DNA of 41,432 nt, taken from Macrostomum lignano. Lineage: Eukaryota. The stretch is taken from contig NIVC01004577.1 of the NCBI GenBank assembly GCA_002269645.1, positions 1 through 41,432 on the forward strand. Reading direction: 5' to 3'. A model generated the notes under the pieces. That model made no database searches. It was given only the letters and a program-made list of their open reading frames with translations, and was not told where the DNA came from. Positions 14,176 to 26,347 of the stretch are shown here, piece by piece. The position numbers were made by a program, and so were the translations under genes. Position 1 is the first letter of the stretch. Each line of letters opens with the position of its first letter.

Positions 14176-14504
14176 AAGCCCCCCCCCCTGATCCGAATCG
14201 GGCACCTCCAAATCAGGCAACGCATCATCCGCAAGGATCACTGGGACCAACAGCCATGTAAGGCAATAAGACTTGGGGCCCGATCATAACAAGAAAGCAA
14301 TCACTCAATTCTGAGACTGTGAGACTACACATTAATTCACATTACACATTAATTCGCTTACTTTTGGATCTCCCAATGAACTGGGAAATATATAAGCCAG
14401 AATTATCGTCCAGCAGGTCTTTTATTTGCTCAAAACTTGGCTCGCTGGAGATTCCCGTTTAAATTTGCGTGTCTTCATTCGCAAATCAGAAATCAAACAT
14501 CTCA

Positions 14505-15889
14505 ATCAAATCTGCCCCTTTCAAAGTACTTCTCCCGGAGCCGAACAACAACAACGACAACAACAGAGTACGCTGCCAGTTCGCAAAAGCAGCGTCAGAT
14601 GGCGCGCTTCGAAGCTTGGGCGCGAACAAAGGCCGCACCGCCGGCAGAGTCCGGGGCGCCGGCGTCAGCCAGCAGACAGTCGACGTAGCGCCGAGTCCTC
14701 GCCTGTCCCCGCCGGTAGGGTGCCTGCAACGTAAGTAGCAGCACCTCCTGCACCGGCTCCGGACAGTAGGCCTCGGCGCGGATGACGTGGCCTGCCAGCT
14801 GGAGTCGCCGACGGCGCAGCAGATCGCTAGGACGGGCCAGGCCGGCGCGATAGAGAGCGCCGTGTTGGTGACTCGCTCGTTGCCGATCTTGAAGGCGGCG
14901 CGCAGCAGGCCAGCGTGCGCCGCGTCGACTTGAGCTCGAGCGAGTCTATCAGCGTCCAGGTCTCGGCGTTGTATAACAGGACGGTCTCGATCACCGCCTG
15001 GAACAGCGCCGCCCTCTGGCGGTCCGGTAGGGCCTCGGACTGCAGGACTGACCTTATAGACCTCCGTCCTGCAGGACGGAGCCGAACGCACTCGTCCATT
15101 CTTCTGCGCCAGGCCTCCATGCAGCCCTCGAAGGCTTGGGAATACCTACTAGCAGTTTCGTCGTCGTGGCCCTTCTGAAGGTATCAACATCAGGAAATTG
15201 AGTTTGAAACCTCCTTGAGCTTGGGAAATAGGAAAAAATCGCACGGAACTAGATTGGAAGAATATCGAAGCTGGTCTAGCACTGTGACATTCCTATTCGC
15301 GAGATACTCCCTGACACTTGGAGCATTGTGAGCTGGCTCATTGTCCTGATGAAGGAACCACGAGGTTGCTTCCCACAAATCGTGTCTCTTGTCTCGCACT
15401 GAGGGAAGCAGTTGCTGCAGGATCCCTTTGTACACATGCTGATTGATGGTTTGACCTTGGCGTAGAAACTCCATGTGAAAAACGCCTCTGACATCTGACA
15501 TTGAAGGTCTTCCACTCCTGGTGTCGTCCTCGACCTCCTCCCGCCCTCCTTAAATCGTTTGTGCCACTCAAAACTCGGGAGCGAGATACTCGTAGCATTA
15601 ACTCCATACACTTTCCGCAACAGTGCAAGTGCTTCCGAGGGCGGTTTATTGAATCGGACCAAAAACTTTAGATTGGTTCGTTGCTTGGTGCTCATTGGCA
15701 CGACGATTGTTAAAAAACTTACTGAACGTTACTAATAGCACATATTGGCACAAAACTGATGATCAGCTGAAATTGCAGGACAGAGCTCCTGTTATATGCT
15801 GCTACAGCCTGCAATATGTCGCAAATTGATAGTGCATACAGAAGCTGTGCTGTAGGCACAGTCCTGGAACTTTTCTGACGCACCTCGTA
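14505..15889 (-). mobile_element. Internally deleted, frameshifted mariner (Tc1/mariner) transposon with one TIR; interrupted by a LINE
   Basis: TIR TACGAGGTGCGTCAGAAAAGTTCCAGGAC ends at TA 15888-9. Transposase pieces: KQRTNLKFLVRFNKPPSEALALLRKVYG..FEWHKRFKEG; VFHMEFLRQGQTIN..WFLHQDNEPAH..YSSNLVPCDFFLFPKLKE; AFEGCMEAWRRRMDECVRL|REKYFE. Second TIR not found. Confidence 0.85.
14547..15076 (-). mobile_element. 5'-truncated RTE-clade LINE with (GTT)n tail and 11-bp TSD, inserted in the mariner transposase
   Basis: VLQSEALPDRQRAALFQAVIETVLLYNAETWTL..VDAAHAGLLRAAFKIGNERVTN..LRRRRLQLAGHVIRAEAYCPEPVQEVLLLTLQAPYRRGQARTRRYVDCLLADAGAPD; stop at 14595-7. TSD cggagccgaac at 14536-14546 and 15077-15087. 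Confidence 0.9.
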
Positions 15890-17279
15890 TTTGCACCACT
15901 TCAACAACGAGAGCGACATGTCGCGAGAGCGACTATACAAGCACGGAAACTATAGTTAAGTAGATTACCTGACACATAAACAGGGTTTACATTGGCAAGT
16001 GTCCCGATTTGAGCTCAGAGTGGTCTCACAGTCGGTCGAGAGTTCCAAAGCACTCAACCTGTCCTCGAATTAAGCCCATGCAGCCCGCATACTCGAGCAT
16101 TTTTGCACACTTCAACTATTCCTGCAACGGCATTTAGCGAGCGGCTTCTCAAAGCTTTCTGAGGGGGGGATCGGATTATTTAAGAATATCCCACGGGACT
16201 CTCCGCTTGATGCTTGCGAGCTGAAATCAAAACCGATTGTTGCAAATCTCTCTCGTATCCTCCATCAGCTGGGATTTCATATTTCAGCTATAGAAAATTT
16301 TCCAGCAGTTTCAGTTCCACATGCCCAGGCTAGAAAAGATAGTTTAAAAAATTGAAATTCGCTCGCTTTTCAAATGTTTTGTTCAAAAAAGCGCCTCCAG
16401 GACTTACCATGCCAACAGCCAGCGATTCTCTCCAGCAAAATAGCAGCTGAATGCCTCATAGAAACAGAACAACAGAAGCTGGCTTTCAAGGATTGAATAG
16501 TCTCAGTGCCTGCAGTCGACTCCACATTAAAATAATACTTCAATATTTAGATCGGCGGGGCTGATTGTGGCGTGCAGCCTCTATTCAACGGTTGCGTGCG
16601 TCATACAGGCAAATTTGCATACAGAAAAGCAGAGATCAATTGCCGTCAATTTTGCCTGGCTTTCAGTTACCTATTCAGCTTTGTGCATTTTTTTTCATCT
16701 GCGCTCGCAGTTACGCCTCATCGCTATAATTAAAAGGAATGAATGATAGCTCAACTAAAATACAACATCTCGCTCGGCTATTACTCTCTCCTAATCGCTG
16801 GCTTCAAAATATTGCTTCAAAGCTAAACGTTTCTTCAAAAATTGTATTTTTCAAATCGTCACTTAATTGATCCGATAATTGGCGAGAAAGCCTTTGAGAT
16901 GACAGGGTCTTCATCCACAGCATTTTTTTGTCAATGGGCTTCAAAATGATACTAAATTTTCGTACGTTATAGCCCGTATCTCATAAAAAACTTGGCGAAA
17001 ATCAGTGCTGTGCATTGCAGACTAAATAAAGCTGGAAAACTTAACTGCACACTTTTAAACTTGGAGGTAAAAGCTGTTATCGGTAAAGATCAAGAAAATT
17101 AATTTGTACCGACGAATGCAAGCTGCGTTTACTAATGTGCACCGACTAAAACAGCCGTCGGGACTGCACAGACCTCTGCATAAAAGTATATTTTCGTCAC
17201 ATTTGATTGATGATTGACAGAGAGCGGCCAATAAGACTCTAACAGTTTAACTTCGCAAAAAGGTGTTATCTGAGTTAAT

Positions 17280-17641
17280 TCAGTCATTCTCGACCTCACC
17301 ATCCAGTATTGGCGACCTTTTGCCCCAACGAAATACTCCACTTTGCCGCTTGCCCCAACGGAATACACCACTGGGCCGCTTGCCCCAACGGAATACTCCA
17401 CTGGGCCGCTTGCCCCAACGGAATACTCCACTGGGCCGCTTACCCCAACGGAATACTCCACTGGGCCGCTTGCCCCAACGGAATACTCCACTGGGCCGCT
17501 TTCCCCAACGGAATACACCACTTTGCCGCTTGCCCCAACGGAATGTAGTACCCCGTTTGGCGGTTGAACTCGGCAAAAACGTGTCCTCCTCCATTGAGCC
17601 GTCGCGAGCCGTGCTCAACAGATCCGCAACGTCGTCATCGT
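17280..17641 (-). CDS. Neuropeptide precursor exon 2: eight FRWamide peptides (GTTFRWa x1, QSGVFRWa x2, PSGVFRWa x5)
   Basis: Acceptor tttgtaattgcag|AC (phase 1). Acidic spacer DDDDVADLL..SSTA-KR, then eight peptide-G-KR units (amidation plus dibasic cleavage), acidic tail SPILDGEVEND, TGA. Variation between units is almost all synonymous. Confidence 0.92.
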
Positions 17642-17751
17642 CTGCAATTACAAATCAGCGATTAAGACGTCTTTGTCAAATTAGCATCGAAGAGCTGGAA
17701 TAGATTCTAAGGCCTGTCAGATTGGCACAACGCACGAGAGCTTAGACCTAC

Positions 17752-17839
17752 CGATCTCAGACTCGGCTTGAACAATGGCAGTTGAACAGAAGAGCAGCGC
17801 GAGAAGCGCAAGCTGCATCAGCGGGCTTCGGTTTGACAT
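17752..17839 (-). CDS. Neuropeptide precursor exon 1 (signal peptide)
   Basis: ATG at 17839: MSNRSPLMQLALLALLFCSTAIVQA|ESEI. Phase-1 donor G|GTAGGT at 17752/17751 joins exon 2 in frame across a 110-nt intron, giving 149 aa. Confidence 0.9.
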
Positions 17840-20800
17840 CTCAAGGCGGTAGTTCGATGCAAGTTCGCACACAGTATTGGACACGCGCTTGTACCTAAGT
17901 GAGGGCGATAAAGTGACAAGGAGTTACATGCCAATGCTTTCGATCGATACCGGAAATAACATCACTGAAAAGCGACTTAAAATGTACCTGGTTCTTCAAA
18001 AGCAGGCGCTCAAGTCCTCAAGACACTTAAATATGCCTAAGATACCTCAAGAAACTTACGGATCTAAACAATTATAATACGAGCTAGTTATTCAAATGCC
18101 TGGTGCGAGAGCAAACGCTACAAGGGAAAAAGCGTGATTGCCTTTTAAGGTTGAACAAATCGTCGACCATTTCTGGCCACAGCGGGTTGGGGCGCGCTCG
18201 AGGCTGGTTGGATGGCCAGCCAACCGAAAGCTGTGCTCTTGCTATCTCCATCCCTTTCTCTCTTTTTGTGTGCATTTATTCCCTGAAAATATCGTCCTCC
18301 AATAGTAGATCGGAAGGCTGGTAATTGTACTCGTAATTGGCAACCTTTTGCCAACTGGCCATAGACGGCGAGAGTTTCGTGTGCATGCGCGCTCACGCAC
18401 ACACACACACAACAGACACTAAAAGTAATTGTCCTACACTCGCGAATAACAAGCTACATGTATTAGCTGGCGTTCAAGAGTGGTCTGTTCCAAAGCTCTA
18501 GCTGCTTCCTTCCTGATTGGCGATTAGAGTGGAGTCCGGACAGCCCATGCATCCTCACTCAGTGATTTTTGCTGTCGGACTTTTATAAGTTTATAAATCG
18601 CATAAGCATCAGAGAGAGGGACATCCCGGGCTTGTCAATCAAAGCTTTTTGACGCCTAATTCGACAACAATGAGACTAGTAGCAAATTTTTTGTAAGAGC
18701 CGTGGATTAATGTGGCCGCATGGGACTCTACTCAGCTGGAAAGCTTCGGATCAAGCATGAGAAGTGACGTCTCATTTTTAACTGTAGCTAACTTTTTGCA
18801 GCCAATTTACTTAATAAAATTTTTTGAATTCTGAAGCCAAAAAATCGAACTCATACAGGGAAATTCTGTCACGGGGTTCACGCTGACCTCAAGCAATTGC
18901 TTCATTCTTCGACGTACAGGAAGTTCGCTTCTTCATCGGCAGTTTCAAAACTTGTCAGGGTAACGTCTTCAGACGATGCACTGGAGACGCTCCTGTAACA
19001 GATTAGTAGTTGTCATGAGAGGCTTTCAGGATAAAATTTTCTACAGCCTTAATAATCTTATTAATTACATATTCATTATTCAGCAACATCTTTAAAACGT
19101 GTCAACTTACTACTTTTTCCTTACCCATTTTCGATACGCATTATTTAAAACTCATTCAATTAATTCGCTGACCAAAACAAGATCCCAGCAACTTTCGACC
19201 GTCTTAAAAAAATATACAAACTTAAAGTGTGCAGCGATACTACTCGTAGTTGTATACAAAAAAATTAACTATAATGGCGTATATCGTTAATCGCGGTTTT
19301 AGAAAGTTTTAATGAAGATTTATTAATTCATGAGCTATCCTCAGATCGGCAACACTTAAAACAGAAAGTGAACTTCACTTTCTACCCCCGCATGGAACTT
19401 TGAGCAGGTCCTGTTCTCGTAAGGGATCTTTGGTCTCGCAGTCCTTGAGTCGCAGGCCAGTTTATGGTTTGCTAATCTAATTTGTGACGGGGTGCGCTTT
19501 AATTCTGGATGAAAAATTTCCAAGTCGTATTTTCAGTTGAGCATGCAGTACCATTTGAAGCTGTAGTAAAAGTGACTCACCTTCGCAGAGTTAACTGCAA
19601 TGCCAATTTCACCGTAAACTGGGTCTTCGACTAGTGTCAAGATGATGGATTATTGAGCGATTTGCTAGTGAGGCCCGGCACTGGCACAATACGAGCATAA
19701 TTCATTTTTGGATGTTTTGTATAATAAAGCCAGTCCTGCCTACCGGTAGCTCTGAGCAGGCTCAATTACTGGCAGTATTTCATGACTAACTTGGATAATC
19801 AGGCAGTAATTATTGGCAAAGAAGTAAGAGTATAATATCAAATATCTCGCTTGTCTTTAGCCACTTCATGTTATACCGGAGCAGCATCACCTCTGAATGT
19901 CTGGTTGCGCCAAAGATGTTTATCGAGCTGGGTTTCACCGGCGATTCGTCCCACGATTTTCCAGCATATTGCAAATCCGCTTCATCAGGCGACTTGAAAG
20001 GGCGGGCAGTTTCGGTGGACAACGGGGGAGTGCGAAGTGGCTGGCTGAAGTCAGCTCTCTCGGCGCCTCCCGAAACTACTTGGCATCAGCAGGTGAAGTC
20101 TCGTCTTATAGCAACTAGAAGCCGTTACAAGGGCTGTTGAACACAGAAGAGCACGAAGGCTGCATGGCCAGAGGAATCACTTTAACTTGGAAGAGATCAA
20201 CTTCAAGCCGCTTTTACGCTAGCCAACAGTCCTGATGATCCGCGGCAGACCTGGACGAACCTGTCTGAGGCCTCGTCGCCCAGTTAATTCTGCGTTTTAA
20301 AAATCATCTTTCAACCTTCAATTTAGGGATGGACTGATTGATGTAAATGGCATCAGTTTCTCTCTTGCGTGCACTTGGGCATTTCATGCATCGCAGTATC
20401 AAATATTAAATTTCTCGCTTGGCTTTCTCGGACTAAGAGTAGCTTAAACCTCGCCTTCTAGTTTACAATATTCAATATATTCGGCAAATCTAAAGGTAAA
20501 TAATAAGGCAGAGAGCAGAGGGTCATCTACGATGCGGCAATACACTCGTATTTCATTTTGATAACAAAAATTAATTAAGGCTTCATCATATCATCAGCTG
20601 CAGGATTTGAGTATAAATTTGAGTCCACACAGTGACCTCTCGGTGCTGCATGCTCTACCTCGGCAAACCGAAGTTTTAGGCTTCCGTGTATGAAACAAGC
20701 AATTTGGTAAAGCTATTGCGATATATATAATTCCACTAAAACATGGTCGGCATTGACAGACAGTCTGCCTGTCAATCAAGAGATGCAGAGCCATAGCGTG

Positions 20801-21490
20801 CCCGAGCTACTAAAATTAGATGAAGAAACATTACCGCTGCATGCAGGCCCTGATGGAGTAAGAGTATCAGATTTCGTAAGGGAAATATTCACATGCAGAT
20901 CTGCAGCATCTGGTTGTGAGGAAAATATCTCTAAAAGACTAGTTTGGCAGCAATTTTTTGTCCGAGAGCCATACAGTTAGCTCGACTAAACTCGTCCAAC
21001 AATGCATGCACTGTGAGCGCCCAGCAGCCTACTCCATGTTTCACTGGTTTTGGCCGTGACAATTTGTATAAAAATCTACAAAAAGTCTGAAATTTACACA
21101 GCAGCCGGAAATTTTCGTGCCAAAAACGCCTCGTTTTTTGTTAGAATTGTAAATAATTCCTCATACAGGTGTCCCTCCTATACCTTGCATTTTTTAGCTA
21201 ATGCATCTGGGCAAGTCAGTCCAAAGATTCACTTAGCCGCACAGCACAGATAAGATTGCAATAACAATCCCTCCATGCTGTATTGAGCGCACAAGGTTTG
21301 TGCTTTTTCCATTAGCAGATGTTTCTCATCCAGTTTTAAATTTATCGGCACCTAAAAGTACAAAAATTATACGAAACGAGCTTTCATTTGTACAAAAACA
21401 ACTCCAAAGATAAGGCTAGATCATGAAAAAGAATCGAAATCGAAAATGGAGTCCACCTTGTTTTGAGATGGGGAATCACTTGGCGTTTTG

Positions 21491-21807
21491 ATAATAATAA
21501 TAATGGCATAAATTTAATACACCTACCCTAATGTGCAGATCAGCAACCCACAGCTCAGCCGCAACTATTGCGCGGCGCATCTGAAGGCTGCGTACGGCTG
21601 TTCAGTCCAAGGACTGGGGGGTCGCCACACACAGCCTCAATTACCCCAGCTAATGCTGGCACCCATTTTACAGCTGGGTGAACTGAAGCAATGCAGAGTA
21701 AAGTGTCTTGCTCAAGGACACAAATTGTTACAAGTAGGATCGGGAATCGAACCTTCGAGACCTTCAAGTAGTGAGTCTGACGCTCTAACCACTGGGCTAC
21801 AACCCTC
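21491..21807 (-). mobile_element. tRNA-derived CORE-type SINE
   Basis: Minus strand: A box TAGCCCAGTGGTTAGAGCG, B box GGTTCGATTCCC, CORE-like GTGTCCTTGAGCAAGACACTTTACTC...CAGTTCACCCAGCTGTAAAATGGG, (TTA)n tail. Confidence 0.8.
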
Positions 21808-21819
21808 TTGAGATTCTAG

Positions 21820-22630
21820 ACGTGGAAAATGAGTCCCATCAGTTTTGAGACGTGGAAAATGAGTCAATAAGTTTTGAGTGGAAAATGAGTCCCAACTACA
21901 ATAGTTTTGAGATGTGGAAATGAGTCCCATCAGTTTTGAGATGTGGAAATGAGTTCCATTAGTTTTGAGATGTGGAAATGAGTCCCATCAGTTTTGAGAT
22001 GTGGAAATGAGTCCCATCAGTTTTGAGATGTGGAAATGAGTCATGTCAGTTTTGAGATGTGGAAATGAGTCCCATCAGTTTTGAGATGTGGAAATGAGTC
22101 CCATCAGTTTTGAGATGTGGAAATGAGTCCCATCAGTTTTGAGATGTGGAAATGAGTCCCATCAGTTTTGAGATGTGGAAATGAGTCCCATCAGTTTTGA
22201 GATGTGGAAATGAGTCCCATTAGTTTTGAGATGTGGAAATGAGTTCCATCAGTTTTGAGGTGTGGAAATGAGTCCCATCAGTTTTGAGATGTGGAAATGA
22301 GTCCCATTAGTTTTGAGATGTGGAAATGAGTCCCATCAGTTTTGAGATGTGGAAATGAGTCCCATCAGTTTTGAGATGTGGAAATGAGTCCCATTAGTTT
22401 TGAGATGTGGAAATGAGTCCCATCAGTTTTGAGATGTGGAAATGAGTTCCATCAGTTTTGAGGTGTGGAAATGAGTCCCATCAGTTTTGAGATGTGGAAA
22501 TGAGTCCCATCAGTTTTGAGATGTGGAAATGAGTCCCATCAGTTTTGAGATGTGCGAAATGAGTCCCATCAGTTTTGAGATGTGCAAAATGAGTCCCAAC
22601 TACAATTGTTTTAAGATGTGGAAAATGAGT
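21820..22630. repeat. 29-bp minisatellite (GATGTGGAAATGAGTCCCATCAGTTTTGA)n
   Basis: About 27 head-to-tail copies, no spacers. Confidence 0.95.
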
Positions 22631-23202
22631 TCAGCTGCCCTAAGTCTTTTAAAAGCACATCTACTATTATTAATCTCACAGGCGTGGCCGCATCAACTAT
22701 TTCCGTTCGCATTGCATATCTAGATAAATATGAATATTAATGTAAATCGAAACTCAAAAATTTAAGCTCTAAAGAGATTATAACCATATCAAAGCCAAAG
22801 TGGCAGCCATAAAAAATAATTAGAAGGCATTTTAAATGAAAGTTCAAAATACCCTCTCTGATCTCTGCCTCATACACATAAAAAGTATTTGCTACCCCCA
22901 AATTATGATTATGAAAACTGAAAGCCAAAGGCTCCAGGGACACTAAATCATTTCCCAACAACCCCCCCCCGCCCCCAACTGGTTGCCTGCACTCGGAAAT
23001 ATGAACTTCATCAGCATATATCTAAAACTTATTCAGAATCTCGTTGCTATATACTTGTAGGATATATAAGACTGCGGTTAAGTGCAGAGAGTGAGATTAG
23101 GCACAGCTGTTAAGGGACTAACAAGAACAGGGGCTTTTAAAGTAACAAACACAGAGACACTCGCTAATCCCCTCTAGTGAGGTTATGCGACACCTATCTA
23201 AT

Positions 23203-26200
23203 GTAGATCTGTTGCTAACTGATAGAAGCGATGCGTGATTAGATCCATGAGTAGATCTGTTGCTAACTGATAGAAGCGTGATTAGATCCACGAGTAGATC
23301 TGTTGCTAACTGATAGAAGCGTGATTAGATCCACGAGTAGATCTGTTGCTAACTGATAGAAGCGATGCGTGATTAGATCCACGAGTAGATCTGTTGCTAA
23401 CTGATAGTTGCGTGATTAGATCCACGAGTAGATCTGTTGCTAACTGATAGAAGCGTGATGAGATCCACGAGTAGATCTGTTGCTAACTGATAGAAGCGTG
23501 ATTAGATCCACGAGTAGATCTGTTGCTAACTGATAGAAGCGTGATTAGATCCACGAGTAGATCTGTTGCTAACTGATAGAAGCGATGCGTGATTAGATCC
23601 ACGAGTAGATCTGTTGCTAACTGATAGTTGCGTGATTAGATCCACGAGTAGATCTGTTGCTAACTGATAGAAGCGTGATGAGATCCACGAGTAGATCTGT
23701 TGCTAACTGATAGAAGCGTGATTAGATCCACGAGTAGATCTGTTGCTAACTGATAGAAGCGTGATTAGATCCACGAGTAGATCTGTTGCTAATTGATAGA
23801 TGCGTGATTAGATCCACGAGTAGATCTGTTGCTAATTGATAGATGCGTGATTAGATCCACGAGTAGATCTGTTGCTAATTGATAGAAGCGTGATTAGATT
23901 CACGAGTAGATCTGTTGCTAACTGATAGAAGCGATGCGTGATTAGATCCATGAGTAGATCTGTTGCTAACTGATAGAAGCGTGATTAGATCCACGAGTAG
24001 ATCTGTTGCTAACTGATAGAAGCGTGATTAGATCCACGAGTAGATCTGTTGCTAACTGATAGAAGCGATGCGTGATTAGATCCACGAGTAGATCTGTTGC
24101 TAACTGATAGTTGCGTGATTAGATCCACGAGTAGATCTGTTGCTAACTGATAGAAGCGTGATTAGATCCACGAGTAGATCTGTTGCTAACTGATAGAAGC
24201 GTGATTAGATCCACGAGTAGATCTGTTGCTAACTGATAGAAGCGTGATTAGATCCACGAGTAGATCTGTTGCTAACTGATAGAAGCGATGCGTGATTAGA
24301 TCCACGAGTAGATCTGTTGCTAACTGATAGTTGCGTGATTAGATCCACGAGTAGATCTGTTGCTAACTGATAGAAGCGTGATGAGATCCACGAGTAGATC
24401 TGTTGCTAACTGATAGAAGCGTGATTAGATCCACGAGTAGATCTGTTGCTAACTGATAGAAGCGTGATTAGATCCACGAGTAGATCTGTTGCTAATTGAT
24501 AGATGCGTGATTAGATCCACGAGTAGATCTGTTGCTAATTGATAGATGCGTGATTAGATCCACGAGTAGATCTGTTGCTAATTGATAGAAGCGTGATTAG
24601 ATCACGAGTAGATCTGTTGCTAACTGATAGAAGCGATGCGTGATTAGATCCACGGGTAGATCTGTTGCTAACTGATAGAAGCGTGATTAGATCCACGAGT
24701 AGATCTGTTGCTAATTGATAGAAGCGTGATTAGATCCACGAGTAGATCTGTTGCTAACTGATAGATGCGTGATTAGATCCACGAGTAGATCTGTTGCTAA
24801 TTGATAGAAGCGTGATTAGATCCACGAGTAGATCTGTTGCTAACTGATAGATGCGTGATTAGATCCACGAGTAGATCTGTTGCTAACTGATAGAAGCGTG
24901 ATTAGATCCACGAGTAGATCTGTTGCTAACTGATAGAAGCGATGCGTGATTAGATCCACGAGTAGATCTGTTGCTAACTGATAGATGCGTGATTAGATCC
25001 ACGAGTAGATCTGTTGCTAACTGATAGAAGCGATGCGTGATTAGATCCACGAGTAGATCTGTTGCTAACTGATAGAAGCGTGATTAGATCCACGAGTAGA
25101 TCTGTTGCTAACTGATAGATGCGTGATTAGATCCACGAGTAGATCTGTTGCTAACTGATAGAAGCGTGATCAGATCCACGAGTAGATCTGTTGCTAACTG
25201 ATAGAAGCGATGCGTGATTAGATCCACGAGTAGATCTGTTGCTAACTGATAGATGCGTGATTAGATCCACGAGTAGATCTGTTGCTAACTGATAGAAGCG
25301 ATGCGTGATTAGATCCACGAGTAGATCTGTTGCTAATTGATAGAAGCGTGATTAGATCCACGAGTAGATCTGTTGCTAACTGATAGAAGCGATGCGTGAT
25401 TAGATCCACGGGTAGATCTGTTGCTAACTGATAGAAGCGTGATTAGATCCACGAGTAGATCTGTTGCTAATTGATAGAAGCGTGATTAGATCCACGAGTA
25501 GATCTGTTGCTAACTGATAGAAGCGATGCGTGATTAGATCCACGGTAGATCTGTTGCTAACTGATAGAAGCGTGATTAGATCCACGAGTAGATCTGTTGC
25601 TAATTGATAGATGCGTGATTAGATCCACGAGTAGATCTGTTGCTAATTGATAGAAGCGTGATTAGATCCACGAGTAGATCTGTTGCTAATTGATAGAAGC
25701 GTGATTAGATCCACGAGTAGATCTGTTGCTAACTGATAGAAGCGTGATTAGATCCATGAGTAGATCTGTTGCTAATTGATAGAAGCGTGATTAGATCCAC
25801 GAGTAGATCTGTTGCTAACTGATAGAAGCGTGATTAGATCCACGAGTAGATCTGTTGCTAACTGATAGAAGCGTGATTAGATCCACGAGTAGATCTGTTG
25901 CTAACTGATAGAAGCGATGCGTGATTAGATCCACGAGTAGATCTGTTGCTAACTGATAGTTGCGTGATTAGATCCACGAGTAGATCTGTTGCTAACTGAT
26001 AGAAGCGATGCGTGATTAGATCCACGGGTAGATCTGTTGCTAACTGATAGAAGCGTGATTAGATCCACGAGTAGATCTGTTGCTAATTGATAGATGCGTG
26101 ATTAGATCCACGAGTAGATCTGTTGCTAATTGATAGAAGCGTGATTAGATCCATGAGTAGATCTGTTGCTAATTGATAGAAGCGTGATTAGATCCACGAG

Positions 26201-26347
26201 TAGATCTGTTGCTAACTGATAGAAGCGTGATTAGATCCACGAGTAGATCTGTTGCTAACTGATAGAAGCGTGATTAGATCCACGAGTAGATCTGTTGCTA
26301 ACTGATAGAAGCGTGATTAGATCCACGAGTAGATCTGTTGCTAACTG
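23203..26347. repeat. 43-bp satellite (GTAGATCTGTTGCTAACTGATAGAAGCGTGATTAGATCCACGA)n with 42- and 48-bp variants
   Basis: About 70 tandem copies; resumes at 28094-28183 beyond the gypsy element. Confidence 0.95.

Noticed and set aside
14426-14738. Plus-strand ORFs with an apparent GTAAGT donor at ~14731
   Set aside because: Antisense of the RTE LINE and mariner tail.
16408-16509. 102-nt minus-strand segment with good acceptor and donor, open in phase 1-1
   Set aside because: No recognisable homology or partner exons; unassignable without RNA data.
19868-20980. Several 65-90-aa ORFs on both strands
   Set aside because: No motifs, no consistent splice structure; possibly TE debris.
21730-21807. 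tRNA-like sequence
   Set aside because: It is the pol III head of a SINE (followed by CORE and tail); no complete cloverleaf is evident.
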